Shown here in pieces: positions 39,460 through 49,224 of a stretch of 64,000 bases of DNA. The stretch's first letter is position 1. Every line of letters starts with the position of its first letter. The stretch is from the NCBI GenBank assembly GCA_963678315.1, contig OY782781.1, positions 608,001-672,000 of the forward strand, given 5' to 3'. The stretch is from Candidatus Cloacimonadales bacterium (GTDB lineage Bacteria > Cloacimonadota > Cloacimonadia > Cloacimonadales > JAFGVF01). Under the pieces are notes generated by a model. The model had not been told where the DNA came from. It saw only the letters and a program-made list of their open reading frames with translations, and ran no database searches. The translations under genes were made by a program, and so were the position numbers.

Positions 39460-40191
39460 TTAATTTCCTTTAGCTTGTAAATACTCCTCAGCCTTCACTA
39501 AATCTTCTGGAGTATCAATACCTATAGCTTTATAATTAGTTTTTACCATCTTGATTCTATAGTTATTTTCTAAAAACCTTAATTGTTCCAACTTCTCAAT
39601 CCCTTCCAGTTTAGACATAGGAAGTTTGATAAAGTCCATTAAAGCACTTTTCCTATAAGCATATACCCCAATATGTTTATAATAATCAACAGCGTCTATC
39701 TTGTCTCTGTTAAAAGGTATAGGACAACGGGAGAAGTAGAGAGCATACCCTTCTTTAGAGCAAACAACTTTCACATTGTTAGGGTTAGTAATCTCATCCT
39801 TTGAATCTATTTTATGCATCAAAGAAGCAACATCTACAGTTTTATCTTCAAATGCTTGAAGAAGCTCTTTTAGTGGTTCTATCTGAATAAAAGGTTCATC
39901 ACCCTGAACATTAATTATCACATCATAATCTAGCTTTTCTACAACTTCAGCTATTCTATCTGAACCTGATTGGTGCTTATCTGAAGTCATTTCAACATTT
40001 GCACCAAAGCTTTTTACTGCCTTGAAAATCATCTCGTTATCGGTTGCAACTATGACAGGAAGACCAAGTTTCTGCACAGCCTCATAAACGTGTTGTATAA
40101 TTGGCTTGTTTCCTAAATGAACTAATGGTTTCCCAGGAAATCTACTTGAAGCAAATCTTGCTGGAATCACTATTACTGGCTTTATATTCAT
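39460..40191 (-). CDS. kdsB: CMP-KDO synthetase
   Basis: IPARFASSRFPGKPL, NVQGDEP, EKLEQLR. Confidence 0.95.
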   Translation of the reverse strand: MNIKPVIVIPARFASSRFPGKPLVHLGNKPIIQHVYEAVQKLGLPVIVATDNEMIFKAVKSFGANVEMTSDKHQSGSDRIAEVVEKLDYDVIINVQGDEPFIQIEPLKELLQAFEDKTVDVASLMHKIDSKDEITNPNNVKVVCSKEGYALYFSRCPIPFNRDKIDAVDYYKHIGVYAYRKSALMDFIKLPMSKLEGIEKLEQLRFLENNYRIKMVKTNYKAIGIDTPEDLVKAEEYLQAKGN

Positions 40192-41018
40192 TATTTTTCC
40201 TTATTAGAATCTCTTTCTTGAGAACACTTATTCCATTTAATTTCTACAAAGGCATCATAAACATAGGAACCTTTGTGAAATCTTAACATCAATGAATTCT
40301 TGGTATTTATTATCGACCGAATCACCTTAGAATTATTAATCTCTCCGAAGTTCCCTACATCCAAATTCTCTTGCCACTCAAGATTATTAACCTTTACATC
40401 AAAAGAAGCAGCAAGCTTTTCTATAGCATCCTCATAAGCTCTATTATAGGCTTCAGTCGGATTAATAGCAGTCCCTTTACCTGAAGAAATATATTGAGTT
40501 CCATCTACCACAACCTGACCAAGCCAAGAAGGGGCTTCTTTCACAACCACTAAGCTGGTATCCAATTCTACACCATTATCAGATAGCCCAACCATACCCA
40601 AAGCTATATTTTTAAACTCATGCTTAGCTAGAACTTTACTATTATCATAGATAGTTTGTAGTTGTTCAACATCATTTGAAACTTGTACATCAAATTCTAC
40701 TAGTTTCTGATTCTTATCTTTGCTATTATGACGCATCTTAGTCTTAGAAACAACAATACATGATCTGTTCCTAGCAATTCTAACACTTGCCTTATCCCTT
40801 AGAGAAGCATCAAGAGAATCCCTTTCCCAGCGTGAAATACCCTGGAAAGAGTAAGCAATCTCATTCGCTTGAGGAACTTCTAAAAACCACTTTGGTAATT
40901 CTAAAGAATGAACTTCACCCTCTATTTGCCTAAAAGAATCAACCTCTGTTTGCAGATATGTCTTAGCACAGCAGGAGATAATTAAAATTAGCATAAAGAG
41001 CGAAATAACTTTTTTCAT
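40191..41018 (-). CDS. Hypothetical lipoprotein
   Basis: Signal peptide ending ISCC; operon-embedded 275-aa ORF. Confidence 0.65.
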   Translation of the reverse strand: MKKVISLFMLILIISCCAKTYLQTEVDSFRQIEGEVHSLELPKWFLEVPQANEIAYSFQGISRWERDSLDASLRDKASVRIARNRSCIVVSKTKMRHNSKDKNQKLVEFDVQVSNDVEQLQTIYDNSKVLAKHEFKNIALGMVGLSDNGVELDTSLVVVKEAPSWLGQVVVDGTQYISSGKGTAINPTEAYNRAYEDAIEKLAASFDVKVNNLEWQENLDVGNFGEINNSKVIRSIINTKNSLMLRFHKGSYVYDAFVEIKWNKCSQERDSNKEK

Positions 41019-41026
41019 GATTAAAA

Positions 41027-42862
41027 CTAACCTTTTTTGTAATATTTTTTTAGATACACTAGTAAGGAAGAAACATCATTAAAGTTAACCCCAGGAATTC
41101 GGGACATCTGCCCTATATTGCTAGGTTTAATCTTATTCAGTTTTTCTCTTGCTTCATAAGCTATAGATTCTATTTTCATGAAGTCAATATCATCAGGAAT
41201 AACATGATTTTGAGCATTCTGGAATTTATTAATATCTGCTAATTGTCTCTTCAAATAGCCCTCATACTTACATTCTAGAGATATTCTTTGGGCAACATCT
41301 TCTGGAATCTCTTCTTCAAACTTAAAGCCGTATTTAGCTAAGTCCTCGAACTTGATATCTGGTCTCTTAAGTATTTTAATGAACTTAGTTGGTTCTTTTA
41401 TCTTATCAAGAGCCAAACAGTTTCTACGTGATAAATATTCTATAACTCTATCTTTTAGTTCTTGTTTTGATTTATAAATCTGCCATCTTGTATCAGAAAC
41501 TAATCCTAATTCATAACCTAATGGCATTAACCTTTCATCAGCATTATCCTGTCTCAAGAATAACCTATGCTCAGCCCTTGAAGTAAACATACGGTAAGGT
41601 TCATTAGTCCCTTTTGTTACTAAATCATCTAATAAAACACCAATATATGACTTAGATCTATCAAATACTAATTCTTCTCTGTTACTTAAAGAGAGAACAG
41701 CATTTATACCTGCAGAAATACCTTGTGCCCCAGCTTCTTCATAACCAGAAGTACCATTAATCTGCCCAGCTAAATACAAGCCAGAAATTGTTTTTGTCTC
41801 CATTGTACTCTTGATATTAGAAGGAATCACGTAATCATACTCAATAGCATAAGCATATCTTAACAACTTTGCCTTCTCTAATCCAGCAATAGAATGAATC
41901 AATTCAATCTGTACATCTGGCGGTAAACTATTGCTTACCCCATTCACATAAGCTTCATAGGTATCAACACCTTCTGGTTCTATAAATACATGATGCTGGT
42001 CTTTATCTGCAAACTTAACTATTTTATCCTCTATTGAAGGACAATATCTCGGACCTACTCCTGATATCTTTCCACCATAAAGAGCAGATTTCTTTAAATT
42101 ATCTTGGATAATTTGATGTGACTTAGGGTTTGTGTGTGTTAGCCAACAATCTACTAAATTCTTTAGCTTAACATCTCTATAAAAAGAGAATCCAGTAGGG
42201 TTTTCATCACCTGGTTGTATCTCTAATTTAGAATAATCAATAGAACGTAAGTCAATTCTTGCTGGAGTTCCTGTCTTAAACCTTGCAAGCTCTAAACCCA
42301 GCTTTCTCAAAGAAGCAGATAATTCTAAAGATGCAGGCTCACCGGAGCGTCCGCCAGAATACTTAGTATGGCCAATATGAATTGCACCTTGTAAGAAAGT
42401 GCCATTAGCCAAGATTACCTTTTGTGCTTTATAGTTAAAGCCGATATTAGAAACTACACCTGTAACCTTATTATCAGAATCAACACAAATCTCTGCTATT
42501 GTATCTTCAATTATATGAAGATTATCCTGATTTTCTAGGTGTTGACGCATTATTTTAGAATACAAATCTCTATCATTTTGAGAACGTGGAGCCCATACTG
42601 CTGGACCTTTCTTCTGATTAAGCATCCTGAATTGGATACCACTCAAATCAGCTACATAGCCAAGCTCACCACCTAAAGCATCTATCTCTCTTGCTAAATG
42701 ACCTTTGGCTGGTCCTCCAACCGAAGGATTGCATGACATTCGCCCTATACTTTCTAACTTTATAACAAAAATAGCAGTGTTTGCTCCCATTCTAGCAGAA
42801 GCTAAAGCAGCCTCAATTCCAGCATGACCTGCCCCAACTACTATCACATCAAAATTCTTCAT
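41027..42862 (-). CDS. mnmG: tRNA U34 modification enzyme MnmG/GidA
   Basis: GAGHAGIEAA, MSCNPS, GPRYCPSIEDK, GQINGTSGYEEA. Confidence 0.98.
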   Translation of the reverse strand: MKNFDVIVVGAGHAGIEAALASARMGANTAIFVIKLESIGRMSCNPSVGGPAKGHLAREIDALGGELGYVADLSGIQFRMLNQKKGPAVWAPRSQNDRDLYSKIMRQHLENQDNLHIIEDTIAEICVDSDNKVTGVVSNIGFNYKAQKVILANGTFLQGAIHIGHTKYSGGRSGEPASLELSASLRKLGLELARFKTGTPARIDLRSIDYSKLEIQPGDENPTGFSFYRDVKLKNLVDCWLTHTNPKSHQIIQDNLKKSALYGGKISGVGPRYCPSIEDKIVKFADKDQHHVFIEPEGVDTYEAYVNGVSNSLPPDVQIELIHSIAGLEKAKLLRYAYAIEYDYVIPSNIKSTMETKTISGLYLAGQINGTSGYEEAGAQGISAGINAVLSLSNREELVFDRSKSYIGVLLDDLVTKGTNEPYRMFTSRAEHRLFLRQDNADERLMPLGYELGLVSDTRWQIYKSKQELKDRVIEYLSRRNCLALDKIKEPTKFIKILKRPDIKFEDLAKYGFKFEEEIPEDVAQRISLECKYEGYLKRQLADINKFQNAQNHVIPDDIDFMKIESIAYEAREKLNKIKPSNIGQMSRIPGVNFNDVSSLLVYLKKYYKKG

Positions 42863-42870
42863 TTTTCACC

Positions 42871-43479
42871 TTAAAATAGTAAATCTTTTATCCACTTTTG
42901 AACATGCTCAATCCCCATCTTTTTTATCGATGAAAAAGGATATACTTCTTGACCATGTAAGTCAAATTCTCTTCTTATTCTAGCCAATTCTTTAGGTATG
43001 GTAGTCTTTTTTATCTTATCACATTTGGTAGCAATCAAGCAAAAAGGAATACCTGATTGAACTAGTAAATCCTTCATTAACAAGTCTTTTGGATCTGCCT
43101 TTCTTCTTACATCGACTAATAGAGCTATCCCTTTTAATTGATATCTCTCCTCAAAGTAAGTTGCAATCATCCTCTTCCAGGAATCTCTTTCTTTTTGAGA
43201 AACTTTAGCAAAACCATATCCCGGCAAATCTGTAATAGTAAAGTATGCTGATTCTTCAGAATTATCAAGTTTTACTCTAATTTCAAAAGTGTTCAACAAT
43301 CTAGTTTTACCAGGTTTACCTGATGTCTTAGCTAGTAATTTCCTATTTAGGATAGTGTTTATCATAGTAGATTTACCCACATTGGAACGACCAGCAAAAG
43401 CTATCTCGCCAAATACTGTCTCAGGATAATCTTTAGGATGAACTGCAGATTTAACAAATTTAGAATCTAATATACGCAT
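42871..43479 (-). CDS. engB: Ribosome biogenesis GTPase YihA/EngB
   Basis: GRSNVGKS, DLPGYG, TKCDK. Confidence 0.95.
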   Translation of the reverse strand: MRILDSKFVKSAVHPKDYPETVFGEIAFAGRSNVGKSTMINTILNRKLLAKTSGKPGKTRLLNTFEIRVKLDNSEESAYFTITDLPGYGFAKVSQKERDSWKRMIATYFEERYQLKGIALLVDVRRKADPKDLLMKDLLVQSGIPFCLIATKCDKIKKTTIPKELARIRREFDLHGQEVYPFSSIKKMGIEHVQKWIKDLLF

Positions 43480-43481
43480 AG

Positions 43482-43850
43482 TTATTCTGAGTAAACTACA
43501 GATGACTTTTCAGATTCCCAAACTTCAATTTCTGCTACTTGACAACCATCTATATCAACCATGCTTTTAAGTCTGTGGTATAGATACTTAGCTATGTTTT
43601 CAGAAGTAGGATTAATCTCATCAAAAGGTTTTATATCATTTAAATTCTTGTGATCCAACTCAGTCATTAAATCATCTAACCATTTCTTAGCTAGAGTAAA
43701 ATCTACTGCCATTCCAAGCTCATCTACTTTTTGACAGTTAAGTGCTATTCTTACCTTCCAGTTGTGACCATGCAAATTCTTGCATAATCCAGGATATTCT
43801 CTCAAGCTATGAGCAGCTGAGAAATGTGATGTCACGTTTATTTTATACAT
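43482..43850 (-). CDS. queD: 6-carboxytetrahydropterin synthase
   Basis: FSAAH, CKNLHGHNW, LDH, PTSENIA. Confidence 0.93.
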   Translation of the reverse strand: MYKINVTSHFSAAHSLREYPGLCKNLHGHNWKVRIALNCQKVDELGMAVDFTLAKKWLDDLMTELDHKNLNDIKPFDEINPTSENIAKYLYHRLKSMVDIDGCQVAEIEVWESEKSSVVYSE

Positions 43851-43949
43851 TCTATTCTCCTAGGTTATATTCTCTTATTTACTATATATTTATACAATTT
43901 TACATAATCATTTTCAACTGCGTAAATGTCAAATAAATTTTCATTTCAA

Positions 43950-44212
43950 CCTTACTGGCCTTCTGCATAAAAAGGCAATTTAATGCAGGAGACCAATAAC
44001 CCAAAGTAACTAGAAAATAAAATAAGGCGTGAAGCCGAAGCTTCACGCCTTATGTGTATGCTATTTTGACGTTATGGACTATTTATCACTAGTAGTGGAG
44101 TGTAAGCATCCACCAATAGGTTGAAGGAACTTCATGCTTACGCAAAGATAAGCACATTGTAGAGACCTTTAACAAAACGTCTCAATCGCAAGCTAGAAGC
44201 TTACAACCCTAG
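43950..44212. repeat. Mosaic REP-like array 4: diverged A, terminator hairpin, E, C, F
   Basis: E at 44096-44146, GTAG-C module at 44159-44183, F ending 1 nt from stop codon 44214. Confidence 0.85.
44022..44053 (-). terminator. Perfect 14-bp hairpin terminator for the upstream minus-strand gene
   Basis: ATAAGGCGTGAAGC-CGAA-GCTTCACGCCTTAT; T-rich tail on the minus strand. Confidence 0.75.
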
Positions 44213-44213
44213 T

Positions 44214-46502
44214 TTATTTCAATTTAAGAACCTTATAAGCTTTTGTTTGTGATGGAGTAGTCATTCTAAAGAAGTAGATGCCATTAGCAGTTTTATTTCC
44301 TTTTGAATCATTACCATTCCATTCGAAAGTATGGTTACCAGCTGAGAAGCTTTCTCTTTTCACTACTTGTCCTAATAGGTTATATACTGTTACACTTGCA
44401 GTCTCCCCATCTTTTACTCGTAAATCAGCTTGTGTGTTTCCTGCAAATGGTGATGGGTATGGATTACCTAAAAGTGTTTCTGTAGGAAGTTGAGGACTAT
44501 CTTCACCAGCTTTAACTTCAACCATGAATGCGTGACTTAGTTCTACTTCATTAGAGAGTTCTCTTGTTTCTAACCAATAGTAGTATCTTCCAGCTGTTAC
44601 TTCATCATCTACAAATGAATATTCAGAAGTTTGACTTGTATTATTAGGAGCAATCATTGAGCTGTTAACTCTTACAGAGTTTTCTACATTCTCAGTTTCA
44701 GCTCTAAGCACATTGAAGCCTAAAAGATTTGATTCTGATTCTGTTACCCAGTTGATTGATACATACTCATCAGAGTAGGCTACAGCATTGAAAGAAGAAA
44801 GGGTTACAGGAAGGGTTTGATTTTCTACATTATTAGTAATAACAATATCAACATCACCTTTTGAACCATCAGTGTAATTAACCATTAAATAAATGAGACC
44901 TTCAGCGGCAATTGCCCACATTCCACCTTCAACATTACCTTTCATGCCTACCATAGTCAATTCAACACCATTAGCATATACATGAGGTGAATTCGTATAC
45001 CAATCCATTGTAAATACTTCACTGTAAAATTCTATGTTAAACGATCCTGTCACATCAAAGTTATAGGAAAAAGCAGCTAGTGACTGGTATGGAAGATTGT
45101 TAGGTAGTGTTTCTGGCACAACTAAGTCACTTGCTTGACTACCATCAGGACTAGTAATGATTACTTGAGAAACTGGATTATTAGCATTTGGGTTATCTGA
45201 GACATCAACTCCAGCTATTGTACTGAAGTTAATTGTTACTGGATCACCTGATTGGTCAGTTCTTACTCCACTAATATTATTTATAGCATAAGTAGTATAT
45301 TCAATGATATATTCAGTTCCATAATCAAGTCCCAGATCAGCCACTTCTATACTTGAAGTTTCAGAAGTTGTATTAAAAACGGTATCTCCACTATCTGCAT
45401 CTTTTATGGTTAAAACATAATAGTTATCATGATTATCAGAAGAATATCCTCCACTCATATTAATGTTATCATGAAGGAAACTGACATTAATAGCTCCATC
45501 ATCAGGGTCAAGAATACCATAATTATCTATTACTAATTCTTCAACCTTAAAATAATGTACATCAGGCTCAAAGTCAATTGGATACAACTTTTCTCCGGTA
45601 GTATTGTTTTCAAAGTATGGTTTAACATACCAAGCATAATCACAATCATAAATAAGACTCAAGAAGTGCCAATTAGATTGCGTAGTGGTTCGTGGTTGAC
45701 CAAAATTATATTCCATTGTTTCATAATTCTTAATACAATAATAGAATTCATAACCACCACTATATCCTGGATCAGGAGAATTTGCAAAATCCTCCCAGTC
45801 TAGGGTAGGACTTAAATCAACATCTGTAGCATAATTGCTAGGAGAGACATACACAACATCTAATGGATGAGTTGGTTCTGCTTCCACAGTATATTCAAAT
45901 CTAATGAAAGGTTTATATTTTTCTGGGGGTGTAGCCATTCTGTTTGTGCCTTTTGCAACTACATCTCCGGGAAAAGATGTGCTACTTTCATCAAGAGCAG
46001 AGACATATGTTCCTGTATCCACTACATTAAATCTGGGATATCCTGGCTGGTTTACTCCATGCCTATTTTCCCAGTATACAATAATATTCCCGCTACCATC
46101 ATATTCAAATGCTGTGTCTAATTCGATAGTAATCCAAGAACCAGCATCTCCATTAAAAACTATTGTGCCAGAATATACTTCAGTTGCCCCAGCAGTAACA
46201 GGATTCTCATAAGAAGTATCAGAAGCTGTAGTGGACAAATCAGTATAACCAATATAAATAGTCTGATTATTACTAGTAAAGTTGCTAATATCATTTCCTA
46301 ACTGGTAAGATAGCTTTGTTATGTTGCATTGTGTGTAATTTAAATCCTCTCCATTATAGATTGTTCTTCCCCAACTATATGCCCAATATTCATTTACTGG
46401 GACATTGTTATTAATTCTAGCTTCTCCACTAACTTCAAAAAATTCCGCATTTGCAATAACACAGGTCATTAACACCAATAAAAGAATAAAACATTTCTTC
46501 AT
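44214..46502 (-). CDS. Secreted modular protein (paralogue 1) with LPVTLSSF domain and FlgD-Ig/T9SS-like CTD
   Basis: Signal peptide MKKCFILL...ANA; GGAG RBS; C-terminal 200 aa nearly identical to 49225..51081. Confidence 0.85.
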   Translation of the reverse strand: MKKCFILLLVLMTCVIANAEFFEVSGEARINNNVPVNEYWAYSWGRTIYNGEDLNYTQCNITKLSYQLGNDISNFTSNNQTIYIGYTDLSTTASDTSYENPVTAGATEVYSGTIVFNGDAGSWITIELDTAFEYDGSGNIIVYWENRHGVNQPGYPRFNVVDTGTYVSALDESSTSFPGDVVAKGTNRMATPPEKYKPFIRFEYTVEAEPTHPLDVVYVSPSNYATDVDLSPTLDWEDFANSPDPGYSGGYEFYYCIKNYETMEYNFGQPRTTTQSNWHFLSLIYDCDYAWYVKPYFENNTTGEKLYPIDFEPDVHYFKVEELVIDNYGILDPDDGAINVSFLHDNINMSGGYSSDNHDNYYVLTIKDADSGDTVFNTTSETSSIEVADLGLDYGTEYIIEYTTYAINNISGVRTDQSGDPVTINFSTIAGVDVSDNPNANNPVSQVIITSPDGSQASDLVVPETLPNNLPYQSLAAFSYNFDVTGSFNIEFYSEVFTMDWYTNSPHVYANGVELTMVGMKGNVEGGMWAIAAEGLIYLMVNYTDGSKGDVDIVITNNVENQTLPVTLSSFNAVAYSDEYVSINWVTESESNLLGFNVLRAETENVENSVRVNSSMIAPNNTSQTSEYSFVDDEVTAGRYYYWLETRELSNEVELSHAFMVEVKAGEDSPQLPTETLLGNPYPSPFAGNTQADLRVKDGETASVTVYNLLGQVVKRESFSAGNHTFEWNGNDSKGNKTANGIYFFRMTTPSQTKAYKVLKLK

Positions 46503-46558
46503 AACGTCTCCTTTGTTTTTTATAAAAGTTTATTTGTTAGTTACATTCTATATATAAT

Positions 46559-46574
46559 AGCAATATTGCGACCA
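46559..46574 (-). promoter_or_regulatory. Putative sigma54 -24/-12 promoter of paralogue 1
   Basis: Minus strand TGGTCGCAATATTGCT = GG-N10-GC, ~57 nt upstream of ATG. Confidence 0.65.
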
Positions 46575-46732
46575 CAGTTTAAAGAAATATTATTATTTTC
46601 TATATTACTGTTATATATAGACTTACATCTTCAACTACACTTATTCATAATCCAGTTTAAAAAACATATTGACAGAATGAGCGTTTTCGCTGTTCAATAA
46701 CGCCATAGTGTGCGAAAACTAAGGAGCTATTT

Positions 46733-49042
46733 ATGACGGAATTATTAAGGAAAATAGATGATGCAAGCAGGCTTGAGCAGTTTGAGATATATTTAGAGAT
46801 TTTTACCAAATGTTTTAATCAAAGAGACATGAAAATCTTTACTTACTTTGATGAGTTTTTATTAAAATGGCAAGAATTTTTGAGCTTTGAGAAAAAGCCT
46901 AACAAGCAAGTTAGAAACCTTATTAGTAAAGATTTTGAACTTTTCTTTAGATTTATTAGAGCTTCAAACAATCTTGATGCCTTTAACAAATTTCTACCTG
47001 TCTTTCTAGACAATGAAAAGTATTTAAGTAACTATTTCTACCTAGCTAATATCTATGACTATTTTGGATATTTAATGTGGTTAAAGCATGACATTAAGGC
47101 TGGAGTAGATTACTTACTTAAAGCTCTAGATATAGCAAATAAGCACTGCAAACCCAACGAGCTTCCTGGACGTTATACTAATTTAGGCTATCTTTATGAA
47201 GTTGTTGGAGACCTTAGTAAAGCTGAATATTATTATAACGAAGGCTTAGATTTTGCTCTTAAATTCAATTCTATTAATGCCTTAAAATTAGCTTATAATG
47301 CTATGGGAAGACTATATATTGGCAAAAACTTATTTGACAAGGCTATTGAATATTTTGAAGATAGCTTGAGTCTTTATGATAGGGAAAAAGATGTTGATAA
47401 GGTAACAGTAATTAACAACCTTGCAATGTGTTATAGAGCTATTGATGATAATAAAAGAGCTAAAACTCTCTATGAAAGTCTTGATAAAGAATGGTTATTA
47501 CAAAAAGACCCAGAATTATATTTTTCCGTGCAAACTAATCTAGGAAATATTCTTAGCACCTACAAAGACTTCAAGCAAGCAGAAGAGAAATTTCTAAAAT
47601 CTTTAGACTTTGCAGAAAAAGTTAAGGCACTCGACCAAGTTATTTCTATCTATATTAGCCTGGGAAATCTATATAATAGTACAGATAGAAAGGAACAAGG
47701 TATTGAAATTCTTGAAAAGGCACTTCATCTTAGTATAGAAAGCAAAAATCACAGAAAGCTAAAATCTATATATGCTGACTTTGCAGACATCTATATAGAA
47801 CAAAACGAATATGAGCTTGCTCTTTCATATATTGAAAAATTAATTGAGATAGCTGAAGAAGTTAATAATTCTGCTTTCCAAATAGAAACACTTAAAAAAC
47901 AAGCATTTTGCTATGAAAAACTTAAAGATTATAAGAAAGCATGTACTTGTTACAACAAACTTTATAAAATGCAGGCACAAGTCGAAGAAGAGAAAAAAGC
48001 CAAGATGAGAAAAGACGAGCTCAAACTGGTAGGCAAAAGCAAAAGAAAACACTTCATTTTCCAAGGAAATGATTCCCTTATTTCTAGAGAATTATCTGCA
48101 AAAATTGGAACAAACCTTATTGGTAAAGATCCTGCCATGCAGACCCTTATCAATAAAGTTTTGCTAGCTTCTTCAAACTGCGATGCATCTATTCTTATCA
48201 GAGGAGAATCGGGAACTGGCAAAGATATTATTGCCCGAATCATTCATTATTCTAGTCTTAGAAAAGAACATCCTTTCATTGCTGTTAACTCTGGTTCTTT
48301 CTCTCCAGGAATAGTTAATTCTGCATTATTTGGCCACAAGAAAGGTGCATTTACTGGGGCTGTAACCGACCATGTTGGTTATTTTGAAGCTGCGAAAGGT
48401 GGTACCATATTCATGGACGAGATCGGAGAAATGCCTCAAGATATTCAAATTGCTCTCTTGCGTGTTCTTGAAGATAAGAAAGTGCTTCCAATTGGTTCAA
48501 CTAAAGCTATTCCAGTCAATTTTAGACTTATTTCTGCTACGAATGTCGATATCAATGAAGAAGTAAAACAAGGCAAGTTAAGGCTGGATTTCCTTAATAG
48601 AATCAACACTGTTGAAATTAATGTACCTGCCCTTCGAGAAAGAAAAGATGATATTCCTGTACTTGTTGAAGCTTTCTTAGATGAGATCTCTCTCAAAATG
48701 AAGATTAAAAAACCAAAATTTTCCATTTCTGCTCTAAGAACCTTAATGAGTTACGACTTTCCAGGCAATGTTAGAGAACTCAGAAATATGATTGAAAATC
48801 TTATGATTTTTAATGATAAAAAAGAAATTACACCTGATGATATTTATAATCTAAGTCTGAAACTCCATACAAGCATTGATGCTTCTAATAATCTTCCAAC
48901 CTTAAATTTAGAGGTACTAGAAAAAAATGCTATCATAAGAGCTATGAAAGATTCTAATAATGTTAAAACTTCTGCAGCAAAATTGCTAGGAATAACACCT
49001 TATGCACTTCACAGAAGAATTGTAAAATATGGGTTAGTTTAG
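46733..49042 (+). CDS. TPR-repeat sigma54-dependent enhancer-binding protein (TPR-AAA+-Fis HTH)
   Basis: Multiple TPRs; GESGTGKD, intact GAFTGA, FMDEIGE, FPGNVREL, C-terminal AAKLLGI HTH. Confidence 0.93.
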   Translation: MTELLRKIDDASRLEQFEIYLEIFTKCFNQRDMKIFTYFDEFLLKWQEFLSFEKKPNKQVRNLISKDFELFFRFIRASNNLDAFNKFLPVFLDNEKYLSNYFYLANIYDYFGYLMWLKHDIKAGVDYLLKALDIANKHCKPNELPGRYTNLGYLYEVVGDLSKAEYYYNEGLDFALKFNSINALKLAYNAMGRLYIGKNLFDKAIEYFEDSLSLYDREKDVDKVTVINNLAMCYRAIDDNKRAKTLYESLDKEWLLQKDPELYFSVQTNLGNILSTYKDFKQAEEKFLKSLDFAEKVKALDQVISIYISLGNLYNSTDRKEQGIEILEKALHLSIESKNHRKLKSIYADFADIYIEQNEYELALSYIEKLIEIAEEVNNSAFQIETLKKQAFCYEKLKDYKKACTCYNKLYKMQAQVEEEKKAKMRKDELKLVGKSKRKHFIFQGNDSLISRELSAKIGTNLIGKDPAMQTLINKVLLASSNCDASILIRGESGTGKDIIARIIHYSSLRKEHPFIAVNSGSFSPGIVNSALFGHKKGAFTGAVTDHVGYFEAAKGGTIFMDEIGEMPQDIQIALLRVLEDKKVLPIGSTKAIPVNFRLISATNVDINEEVKQGKLRLDFLNRINTVEINVPALRERKDDIPVLVEAFLDEISLKMKIKKPKFSISALRTLMSYDFPGNVRELRNMIENLMIFNDKKEITPDDIYNLSLKLHTSIDASNNLPTLNLEVLEKNAIIRAMKDSNNVKTSAAKLLGITPYALHRRIVKYGLV

Positions 49043-49058
49043 CTTATTTTTTCCTCAC

Positions 49059-49223
49059 CCTTACTGCCCTCCTTGAAAAAAACCATTTTTTCAAGGAGGC
49101 AAGTAAGGAAGGACTGTGACAGGCGAAGACTGTTGCTTGCAATTTGAAGCCGGCTATCCGGCAGTAGCCGGACTAAAGGCCCAGCGTTCCCAGTAATAGT
49201 AAGCAAGTAACTTACAATCCTAG
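49059..49223. repeat. Mosaic REP-like array 5: A fused to D, then B, F
   Basis: Modules match arrays 1, 2, 3 and 6; lies between convergent stop codons. Confidence 0.88.
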
Positions 49224-49224
49224 T

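Noticed and set aside
43851..43950. preQ1 riboswitch upstream of queD
   Set aside because: No recognisable preQ1 aptamer; the nearby hairpin is a diverged module A
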